A stretch of DNA of 63,886 nucleotides, counting the filler, from Chiloscyllium plagiosum (taxonomy: Eukaryota), in NCBI RefSeq assembly GCF_004010195.1. It is 4 parts of one record of this genome, joined end to end, with 100 filler letters (N's around TTAATTAATTAA, not from the genome) between each part and the next. Parts side by side here need not be neighbours in the genome. Positions count along the whole stretch, not along the records: positions 16,622 to 36,176 come from NC_057715.1; positions 36,277 to 61,611 come from NC_057715.1; 2 more parts are not named here. One strand, 5' to 3'. Under the pieces are notes generated by a model that was not told where the DNA came from, made no database searches, and saw only the letters and a list, made by a program, of their open reading frames with translations. How positions within the stretch are numbered: position 1 is the first letter of the stretch; the number at the start of each line of letters is the position of its first letter. The position numbers were made by a program, and so were the translations under genes. Shown here in pieces: positions 26,629-36,938 of this stretch.

Positions 26629-26672
26629 CATCTGTGACAATGGGCATCTTTGGAGAAGGCCAAGATGGATCA

Positions 26673-28306
26673 TGATTTGGAGATGCCGATGTTGAACTGG
26701 GGTGTACAAAATTAAAAATCACACGACACCAGGTTATAGTCCAACAGGTTTATTTGGAAGCACTAGCTTACGGAGAGCTGCTCCTTCATCAGGTGGTTGT
26801 GGAGTACATAATTGTAAGACATAGAATTTATAGCAAAAGTTTACAGTGTGATGTAACTGAAATTGTACATTGAAAAATACCTTGATTTTTTGTTAAGTCT
26901 CTCATCTGTTAGAGTGACCACGTTAGTTTCACTTCTTTCATATGTAAATCACAAAACATTTTATTTTTTAAAAGTTACATTCTCAGGTTAACTTTAACAA
27001 TTGGTGTCAGCCAGATACTATGTTGAACGTGTTAGCCCCCTGTGTGCTGTTGGCTGTGCCATAATGCTTAGACTGATTCTGATCCAAAACATGAGTTTAG
27101 AGTCTTACATGGATTCATGCAATTTTTGAGCAAAGTACAATGTAACTCTGCACGTACAAATTTACCCCACAAACGTATATGTGTATGTGTGGGTTTTTGT
27201 ATGTGTGTCCGGGGTGGGGTGTTGTGAGTGTCTGTGAGAGAGAGAGGGAGGGAGGCAGGAATGTCTGTGTGTGAGTGTGTCTGGACTGGGGGGTTGTGAG
27301 TGTCTGTGTGAGAAAGTGTATATGTGTGCTTGAGTGTAAAGGGGTCTAAGTCTATGAGAGGATACATGTGTGAGTGTATGTGTCTGTAGGAGTGTGTGTG
27401 TATGTGTGTGTGCATGTGTGTGTAGGAGTGTCTGTGTATAGTGCAATGGTGGTCACCAGTAGTGTGACATGAACCTAAGGACCCGGTTGAGGCCCTCCCA
27501 ATGGGTACAGAACTTAGCTATCAGCCTCTGCTCGGCCACCTTTCGCTGCTGCCTGTCCTGAAGATTGCTGAAGTGATGAGCAGTCCTGGACATTCGACAT
27601 CGGACCTTCAGGTGATCATCCTCCAAGGCAGACTTCGGGACATGTCACACTACTGGTGACCACCATTGCAACACACACACACACTCCTATACACAAACAT
27701 ACACACAGACACACCTATACACAGACACGCACACAGACACACACACACACTCCCACACTCACACATGGACCCTCTCACAGACTTAGACCCCTTTACGATC
27801 ACACACTCACACAGACACACACACCCACTTGCACACATACACATATACGTTTGTGGAGTTAATTTGTACTTGCAGAGTTACATTGTACTTTGCTCAAAAA
27901 TCACATGAATCCAGGTAAGATTCTTAACTCATTTTTTAGATTAGAGTCAGTTTAAACATTATGGCACAGACAACAGCATACAGGGGGCCAACACGTTCAA
28001 CATATTATCTGGCTGACACCAACTGTTAAAGTTAACCTGAGAATGTAACTTTTTTTAAAAATGTTTTGTGATTTACATATGAAAGAAGTGAAACTATCAT
28101 GGTCATTTTAACAGATGAGAGACTTAACAAACAATCAAGGTATTTTTCATGGATAATTTCAGTTACATCACACTGTAAACTTTTGCTACAAATTCTGTGT
28201 CTTACAATTGTGTACTCCACAGCCACCTGATGAAGGAGCAGCACTCCGAAAGCTAGTGCTTCCAATTAAACCTGTTGGACTATAATCTGGTGTCGTGTGA
28301 TTTTAA
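26673..28306. mobile_element. Penelope-like element 3' ends in inverted (fold-back) arrangement
   Basis: Arms ~26712-27471 and 27641-28306 are imperfect reverse complements. The spacer holds GIY-YIG C-terminal residues (RKVAEQRLIAKFCTHWEGLNR on minus; HSTSDLQVIILQG on plus). CA-rich UTR and a hammerhead core in each arm. Confidence 0.85.
28224..28258 (+). ncRNA. Minimal type I hammerhead ribozyme
   Basis: CAC-CTGATGA-A-GGAG-CAGCA-CTCC-GAAAG-CTA-GTG: stem I CAC/GTG, stem II GGAG/CTCC, palindromic AGCT, CUA triplet ending at 28255. Confidence 0.75.
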
Positions 28307-28329
28307 AGATGTCATCTACTTGACACTAA

Positions 28330-28760
28330 GGAACACAGAAATATGATAAGGCCATTCAGTCTCTCAAGCCTGTCCTGCCATTCAATGAGCTCATGACCTA
28401 ACTCCACATAACTGACTTTGACCCATGCCCCTTAAACGTTTGCTGAACAAAATTTAATCACCTCAAATTTAATATTAACAACTGATCCAGCATCAATTAT
28501 TGGTTGTGGAACAGAGTTCCAAACTTCTACCACTCTTTATATATAGAAGCATTTCCTAACATCTCTTCCAAATGGTCTGGCACTAATTCTCAGACTATGC
28601 CCCCTACTTCTTGAATCCTCAACCACTGGAACAATTTATCATTATCTACCCTGTCATTTTCTTCTATTACCTTGAAAACTTTAATGAGATCATCCCTTCA
28701 CCTTTGCAATTCTAGAGGAAACAGGCTTAATTTGTATAATTTCTCCTTGTAACTTAAAGG
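28330..28760 (-). mobile_element. CR1 3' end fragment
   Basis: Similarity to other CR1 3' ends in the window. Confidence 0.6.
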
Positions 28761-29954
28761 CCAGATATGAACTATATAGCATTAGCTCTAACAATAAGTT
28801 CCGGAGAAAACTTTTGAGTTCTTCTCAAATCCTGACATCACACATCTCAACAATATTCGTTAACTTCTATACTTGTATCCATGCTCAAATCCAATTCTCA
28901 GAATTTTATATTCAGAAGCTAGGTTGGATTCTTTGGGAATTTGTGATTTCAGATTTACAATAGTTGCAAGAATTTAAAATTTCAATTTACACTGATGAGA
29001 CTCTCACAGAAAATGGAACCACAAAGAAATTAGCATTTGCAATGGTGTGAACTGGGCTAGTGGTAATTTCCTTCATTATACATTTAGCAGTACAGTGATC
29101 TACAGAAACAAGAAAATCCGGAACATAATAAAAAATAACATAAGGACATCTGATAGTGTGTATTCACAATAATGAACCAAATTAACATCATGTCTATTAA
29201 TGAGGACATTAAATTACAAAGATCATTAATTTCCGAAAAAACATTTATCACGATAAACGTGAATTGGCTATGGGATTGAGTTAACTGCTTGAAACGATTT
29301 GTGCTTATCTTTGTCCAAAACATGGTGAAGGTTTCTGGAAGCGAGCTATATTCTGTACTCTGTTTAAGGCAGTGTATGTTTCGGTTACTTGAACCTTAAG
29401 CATTACTCAAACAGATAGGGTGTTGATGAGCACACTAAACACTGGTTATCATCATGGCATAATCATTAGATGCTGAAAATGCTCATTTTGATAAGGCTGA
29501 GTGTGACCTAAAACATATTAATGGGTGAGTTGAAGAAATACTTTTACAAGAATAAATGATTAGACAGGCAGCAGGGATTTAGAAAGGACAGATATGTTCG
29601 GAAAACGTCCTCTGTTAGGGATGTTAAACAGAAATTAAGTAGATCACAATACTTCATAAAATAGCCATCAGAATTTTCAGAGTTTTTGATGATATTCCAT
29701 GTGTTTAATTAAATTAAAATCCATTAGCATCTGAAGCAAAGTATGGCACTTTATAAAAGATTGATAGAAACTAGTACATCTTTGTCAGTGATGCAAAGAA
29801 TAATTTCTTTGCATTACAGATTGAGAGCCTCACTAATGGCAGCATGTATCAGAACTAATGGACAGACAAACATGTGGACATTTGCTCCCAACTTTTTAAT
29901 ATCTGCAGCCAGCAAAAGATCATAGTGTTATACACTGATGCAATATACTGAACA

Positions 29955-30640
29955 AACCTAGACTGTTGTTAAATCTTTCATCTTTTAGAATGGGTTGCAG
30001 TTTTCGCTTCTTTAATATGTCAATCCCAGAACTTCTTTCAAGTCATATTCCCAAGATAACTTAAGATTTTATAAAATAAAGGTGACATCTCAGCTCAAAC
30101 AATACATTAAAGGTGTGAGGTTAGAGTTTGTATGTATAGAGGAACCTTCATTATCTGAAGGACACGGACGGGGATAATCTGAAATGCTGTTAATTGAATG
30201 CAGGATAATCAACGTCCCTCTGTATTCCAATCTTGAGTTAGATCGGTTCTATTTCCAAAGTGGCAATTTATAAAATGTCGCATGAATTATAAAAAGTATT
30301 GACTGCCTACAGATTGAGTGCTTTTTGAACAAAATAGAATGTGTCTGCAAATACATTTCTGCAAATGTAAATTCATCCCAAACACGTTTGTGGCACATGG
30401 TGGGAGAGAGAGAGCGAGAGAGACAGAGAGAGAGAAAGAGGGGGAGAGAGAGAGTGTGTGTGTGTGCTTGATAGAGTGTGTGTGAGAGTGTGATGGTGTG
30501 TGTGGGGGGTGTGCATGTGTGTGTGTGCCTGAGAGAGAGTGTGTGCATAAGAGAGGGTCTGCGTGAGTGTGTGAGTATGTAAGAGAGAGACAGAGAAGGT
30601 GTGTGTGTGTGAGAGAGTATGTAAGAGTGTGTGAGTAAAT
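29955..30640 (-). mobile_element. Penelope-like 3'UTR remnant with GA/GT low-complexity tract
   Basis: Similar layout to the 26900-27440 arm (AAATT-A/C-CCCCA-AAAC followed by a GT/GA-rich tract). Confidence 0.5.
30137..30222. mobile_element. Short MITE, Tc1/mariner-pogo type
   Basis: Imperfect terminal inverted repeats TAGAGGAACCTTCATTATC / GATAATCAACGTCCCTCTG with TA on both sides (30135-30136, 30223-30224). Confidence 0.5.
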
Positions 30641-31404
30641 GTGTCCTTTAATGCTGCAAACACCTCCTCTCTGGTAATACGCATGCAGTCCAAAACATCC
30701 CCACTTGTTTCTCTTATTTTCTGAGCATCCACGATTCTCTCCTCAGGAAACACTGAGGAGAAATATTCATTAAAAATCTCCCTTGTTACAGCAAATGATC
30801 ATACATTTGTAGTTGCATTTCTCAAAGTACAGCTTCAACTTTAACACCTTTAAGAGAATCAGTTTTCCTTTTAAAACCAAAGTAAAAGCTGGAGTTAAGT
30901 ATTCTATGATCTACCTCATCAGAAAAAGAACTAAATTAAATAACAACCTATAAGCTGAAATATTTTATGTTACTCATTTATACAGATGACACTGTGTCAA
31001 GTTTAAAGACTTTGGTATCTAGGAAACTGATGCATTCCTTGTGTATTTTGGCTTTATCTTTCATGGGGCTGATAATTATTGTGTTTATTGATTAATTCTT
31101 TTAATTCTGCTTCTGTGTGAATCCAAATATCCAACATATTAACATATATAATGAATAATATTGTTCTGTGACTGCATCACTGAATAAAGGAGTTTTTGAA
31201 ACTGAAAAAGTAGCCCCTGAAAATTAAAAACAGTAGTAGAACCCAAAAATCAAAAAGTAGCCCTCAAAGTCAACGTTTTCAATTCTGTCTTCAGCTGTAA
31301 AAGCTAGATCACCCAAATATGCTATCATTTTCATTCTACCTGTCTTAAGTCCTCTCACTGTACTGATGCTTTCATTGCATAAGATGCACAATCCTGAAGC
31401 TATG

Positions 31405-31728
31405 GAGTGGCTAAGTGGCTAGCACTGTTGCCTCACAGCACTAGGGACCTGGGTTCAATCCCAGCCTCGGGCCATGGTCAGTGTGGAGTTCACACATTCT
31501 TCCTGTGTTTGCATGGGTTTCTTCTGGGTGCTCTGGTTTTCTCCTAAAATCCAAAGAAGTGTGGGTTAGGTAAATTGTTCATGCTGCATTGCCCATAGTG
31601 ATTCAGGGAGGTATAGGTTAGATGCATTAATTTGGGTAAATGTAGACTAATATGATAGGGGGAATGCAGGTGGGTTGGTGTGGACTTGTTGGGCTGAACG
31701 ACTTGTTTTCACAATGTAGGAGATTCTT
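31405..31728 (+). mobile_element. Diverged V-SINE
   Basis: Degenerate A/B boxes (GGTTCAATCCC) and V-domain. Confidence 0.75.
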
Positions 31729-32739
31729 GAGTAAGCAATTGCTTTTGTTCTGGTACAAAGATAAGCATCTGAGTTACTTCTATCAGCCACTCATATTCTG
31801 AGATTTTGGAAATGATTCCAATTAATCATGAGGAATGAACTTTAAAAGTTTGATTACCATATTTGATAAGAACTGTCTTACTTTCATGACCTACTATTTT
31901 ACCTGGGTCTTTCCAATCTCAAAGAGCATCTCACCAAATCTTTGGAATTAAATTCAGTCTTGGATGGTCTTACATGATACCTCAGAGCTCTGTGAATGTT
32001 CTCTCTGAGCCTAGCATTGATGAATGCTCCTACCCTTGCACATGACAATGCAGAAAAATTCAACTAATTGAAATACCTTCTGAAGCATAGCGTAGAAAGA
32101 AATTTGTGATTTCATTCAAGTTAAATTGACAGCAGCTATATCCTGCAAACATATGAAACAAATGCTTTGTATGAACTATCAGAACCAGGGAAATTGGCTG
32201 TTTTGCAGTCTGGCTTATCAGCTAAAATTATATGCAGCATCTTATCAATCACCTGCATTCTGGATGTAGGTTTGCTTGCTGAATGCTTACATGCAGAACC
32301 TCAACCTGAGCTACAAATCTTCTCAAAACTCGCTGATCATCTGCATGATTCCTTTCATAGGTTGGAATCTTGTGGTTTGGAAGTGGAAATGAACTTACTT
32401 CATCAGGACGACAGTGGATCACAACAGTGTCACCTTCCAGTGTCTGTATTAAATGCTGGGCAGGAAGGCCCAAGTTCCACCTTCCTACCTCACTGCCAAT
32501 TGATGCTCCTTAGTGGTAATCTAATCAAGTGAATACACTATTCATTTTTTTTAGACATTCAAATGCTAACTGGTGCACTTTCAATTCTGTCTTCTGCTGT
32601 AGTGCTAGATCACCCAAAGATGCTATCATTCTCATTCTACCTGTCTTTCGTCCTCTCACTGTATTCATGATTTCATTGAGTAAGATGCAGAATGCCTAAT
32701 GTTTCAGTGAAATCTCAAGGGAACAATAACTTTCCCAGG

Positions 32740-33680
32740 ATTTGATTTGGATGTCAACACAGGAGGTACAGTCAGTAAGTTTGCAAATAACACCAAAATT
32801 GCTAGTGTAGTGGACAGGAAAGAAGTTTAACTCAGAGGACAATGGGGCCTGGATCAGATGAGCCAAATGGGCTAAGGAGTGGCAGATGGAGTTGAATTTA
32901 GAGAAATATGAGGTGCTGCATTTTGGACATGCAAATCAGGGCAGGACTTGTACACTTAATGGTAGGACCATAGGGAGTATTGATCAACAAAGAGACCTTG
33001 TGCAGGTTCATAGTTCCTTGAAAGAAAAGTCCCAAGTAGACAAGATAGTGAAGAAGGCATTTGGTATGCTTGTTTTGTTGGTCAGTGCATTGAGTATAGG
33101 AGTTAGAAGGTCATGTTGCAGTTGCACGGGAAATTGGTTAGGCCACCTTTGGAATACTGCATTCAATTCTGGTCGCCCTGCTATAGGTTGGATGTTGTGA
33201 AACTTGAAAGAGTTTGAAAAAGATTTACATAGATGCTGCCAGGGTTAGAGGGTTTGAGCTATAGGGAGAGGCTGAATAGGCTGGGGCTATTTTCCTTACA
33301 GTCTCAGAAACTGGGGTGTGACCTTATATGAGTTTATAAAATCATGAGGGGCATGATTTTCTGACATTTTCTTTTCTCTAGGGTACTGGAGTCCAAAACT
33401 AGAGGGCATAAACAGGTGAGAGTGGAAAAATTCAAAAGGGACTTAAGGAGCACATTTCACGTAACAGCTAGTATGTATATGGAATGAGCTGCCAGAGGAA
33501 GTGGTGGAGGCTGGTACAATTACAATATTTAACAGGTATCTGGATAGGTTTATAAATAGGAAGAGTCTAGAGGGATATGGGCCAAATGCTGGCAAATGGG
33601 ACTAAATTAATTTAGGATATCAGGTCAGCATGGACAAATTGGTCCAATGTTTCTGTGCTGTACTGCTCCATGACTATCTG
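32740..33680 (+). mobile_element. CR1 3' fragment
   Basis: ORF 32886-33200 (MELNLEKYEVLHFG...QRDL) and CR1 3'UTR. Confidence 0.85.
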
Positions 33681-34302
33681 ATTGACCATCTTCCTGTCCA
33701 AGAACTGAACAGTTGGAATTAAAAGTTTCTTTATGAGGCTCCTGTAATTTAAAATGCTAATACCTGGGCTTATTCTACTTGGAGCAGAGAAGGTTAAGAG
33801 GTGGTCTTATTGAGATAATCAAAATTACGAACAACTTTGACAGGGTAAAGGGGGATATTCAGACCATTCACTGGTATGTCAGCAACTTTGGGTCACAATT
33901 TCAAGATTTTCAGCAATAGAGTGAGGAGTGAGATGAGGAGAAATTTCCTTACTCACAGAATTTTTAGGATTTGGAAATGTGCTGCCTGGATGAGTAGTGG
34001 AGGCAGATTCCAAAGAAGGTTTCGAAAGACACCTGGATACCTGGAGGACTATGGAGATGGGTCTGATGAATGGGACTAGTCGGGTAGCTCTTTTGGGAAT
34101 CGATACAGACATGATAGGTCAAATGGCCGCTTATAAACCGCAAAATTCAATGATTCTATACTTTTGTACTGATCTGGAAATTCCCAAATTGAATTCAATC
34201 AATTTATATACAGTCTGCTCCAGTCAATGATATGTTGCTGCGTGGACTGAATATCTGTTAAGCCTATCGAAGTTTGACCATACGTCATAGACATATAACT
34301 TA

Positions 34303-35015
34303 AGTGGCAGGGTGGCACAGTGGATTAATGGTTAGTACTGCTGCCTCACTGTACCAGGTGCCCGGGTTTGATTCCAGCCTTGGGCATCTGTCTGTGTGGA
34401 ATTTGCACATTTTCTTTGTCTCTGAATGGGTTTACACTGGGTGTTTCAGTTTCCTTCCACTGTACAAGGTGTGTTGGTTAGGTGGATTAGTCATGGTGAA
34501 TGTGGAGTTACAGGGACATGGCTGGGGGCTGGGTCTGGGTGGAATATTCTTTGGAGAGGCTTGATGAGCCAAATGGCCTCCTTCTGCATTGAAGGGATTC
34601 TGGGGCTGTTGTCCCTGAAGCGTCGGAGGCTGAGGGCTGACCTTATAGAGGTTTATAAAATCATGAAAGGCATGAATAGCATAAATAGACAAAGTCTTTT
34701 CCCTGGGGTAGGGGAGTCTAGAACTAGAGGGCAGAGGTTTAGGGTGAGAGGGGAAAGATATAAAAGAGACCAAAGGAGCAACATTTTCATGCAGAAGCTG
34801 GTACATGTATAGAATGAGCTGCCAGAGAAAGTGGTGGAGGCTGTACAATTGCTACATTTAAAAGGCAAAGGGATGGGTATATTAATAGGAAGGATTTCGA
34901 GGGATATGGGCCAAGTGTTGGCAAATGGGAATATATTAGGTTGGGATCTCTGGTTGGCATGGATGAGTTGAACCAAAGGGTCTGTTTCCATGCTGAATGT
35001 CTCTATGACTCTATT
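34303..35015 (+). mobile_element. V-SINE followed by CR1 3' end
   Basis: SINE head at 34303-34600; CR1 tail motif RRRLRADLIEVYKIMKG from 34600. Confidence 0.8.
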
Positions 35016-35311
35016 ATATCCTTTTTAGTAGGCACTGAGGTAACTGACCTTCTACATCCACAACCATCTTCCTTTGTATTAGGTATGACTACAAACAGAA
35101 ATGAGTTTGCCCATTGATTCCAGCTTTCCAGTTTCCACATTTGATTTTAATCTAATTTTCTTACTGACCATATGATTCAAACTCTGAGAACATCAAAGCA
35201 TATTTCTATCCCAACAAGTTTGCTATATTTTTATAACAGTTACTGGTACAGAACCTTTCTCTTGTGACTTTTTTTAACCAGCTGTCAACTTCTGCTTGCA
35301 AGCAACCATTC

Positions 35312-35545
35312 TTAGATTAGATTAGATTAGATTAGATTAGATTAGATTAGATTACTTACAGTGTGGAAACAGGCCCTTCAGCCCAACAAGTCCGTACCAA
35401 CCCTCCGAAGAGCAACCCCTTCACCTAACACTATGGGCAATTTAGTATGGCCAATTCACCTAATCTTTGGACTGTGGAAGTAAACCGGAGCACGGAGAGG
35501 AAACCCAGGATGACACGGTGAGAATGTGCAAACTCCACACAGACA
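35312..35545 (-). mobile_element. V-SINE with (ATTAG)8 tail
   Basis: Pentamer array 35312-35353 followed by reverse-complement SINE body. Confidence 0.85.
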
Positions 35546-35589
35546 TAGACCCAAGGATGAGGTGCTCTTCCTCCAACTGTCGTGTTGCC

Positions 35590-36176
35590 ATGGTCTGGCA
35601 ACTGAACAGGTCTCACCCTGAACAACTTCTCTTTCCAATCCTTCCACTTCCTCCAAACCAAAGGAGTAGTCATGGCCACCCGCATGGGCCCCAGCTATGC
35701 CTGCCTCTTCGTAGGATATATGGAACAGTCCATCTTCCGCAGCTACACTGGCACCACCCCCCACCTTTTCCTCCGCTACATCAATGACTGTATCGGCGCT
35801 GCCTCGTGCTCCCACAAGGAGGTTGAACAGTTCATCCACTTTACCAATACCTTCCACCCCGACCTCAAATACTGTTCATCCACTTTACCAATACCTTCCA
35901 CCCCGACCTCAAATACACCTGGACCGTCCCAGACTCCTCCCTCCCCTTCCTAGACCTTTCCATTTCTATCTCGGGTGACCGAATCGACACGGACATTTAC
36001 TATAAACCGACCGACTCCCACAGCTACCTAGACTACACCTCCTCCCACCCTGCCCCCTGTAAAAACGCCATCCCATATTCCCAATTCCTTCGTCTCCGCC
36101 GCATCTGCTCCCAGGAGGACCAGTTCCAAAACCGTACAACCCAGATGGCCTCCTTCTTCAAGGACCGCAATTTCCC
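35590..36176 (+). mobile_element. Penelope-like element reverse transcriptase fragment
   Basis: ATRMGPSYACLFVGYME, FLRYINDC, PFLDLSI, YYKPTDSHSYLDYTSSHP, IPYSQFLRLRRICS; ends at the gap. Confidence 0.9.
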
Positions 36177-36276
36177 NNNNNNNNNNNNNNNNNNNNNNNN
36201 NNNNNNNNNNNNNNNNNNNNTTAATTAATTAANNNNNNNNNNNNNNNNNNNNNNNNNNNNNNNNNNNNNNNNNNNN
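36177..36276. other. Assembly gap linker
   Basis: 44 N + TTAATTAATTAA + 44 N. Confidence 0.97.
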
Positions 36277-36790
36277 GCACACAAACTAACAGCCACGCTC
36301 AGACAACAACTCACTAGAACGAAGGACCCGATACCCAACATGAGCAAAACCAATGTAGTGTACAAAATATCATGCAAGGACTGCACTAAACACTATATAG
36401 GACAAACAGGAAGACAGCTAACAATCCGCATACATGAATATCAACTAGCCACGAAACGACACGACCAGCTATCCTTAGTAGCCACACACGCAGACAACAA
36501 GCAATATGAATTCGACTGGGACAACACTACTATCATAGGGCAAGCCAGACAGAGAACAGCCAGGGAATTCCTAGAGGCATGGCATTCATCCACAAACTCC
36601 ATCAACAAACACATCGACCTGGACCCAATATACCAACCACTACAGCGGACAGTTGAAACTGACAACCGGAAGCGGCAGGGACAGACCACTATAAACACTG
36701 GAGGAAACATCAAAGAAGCGCTTCGCAGGAGGCTCCCAAGCACTGATGATGTCGCCTAGCCAGGGGACGAAACGTTTGCAACAAAAACTT
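36277..36790 (+). mobile_element. Penelope-like element 3' end: GIY-YIG endonuclease plus hammerhead
   Basis: ORF 36340-36759: NVVYKISCKDCTKHYIGQTGRQLTIRIHE...FLEAWHS...SINKH. Confidence 0.92.
36740..36779 (+). ncRNA. Minimal type I hammerhead ribozyme (GUU triplet)
   Basis: GCA-CTGATGA-T-GTCGCCT-AGCC-AGGGGAC-GAAAC-GTT-TGC: stem I GCA/TGC, 7-position stem II with one mismatch. Confidence 0.7.
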
Positions 36791-36938
36791 ATTCCAAGAT
36801 TACCATCTTGGAATATCACTTTCTGGCCAGAGTGAACTTCCAATTATTGTTTTAACACATAAGTGAATATTTAATTCCAGATGATAATATTTGCTCATTG
36901 TAAATGTACTTTCTAATAAAGATATCCAAGCAATAGAG

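Larger units (their letters stand above)
25275..26672 (-). mobile_element. Decayed L2/CR1-group LINE RT fragment
   Basis: Minus strand retains RT-like residues (ALDIKATFD.VW, SSGTPQYSV); interrupted by the mini-element at 26494. Confidence 0.55.

Noticed and set aside
27068..27908. His/Thr-rich ORFs (also 30249-30753)
   Set aside because: Translations of CA/GT low-complexity tracts in Penelope UTRs.
28992..29015. CTGATGA...GAAA hammerhead-like spacing
   Set aside because: No convincing stem II, stem I or NUH triplet.
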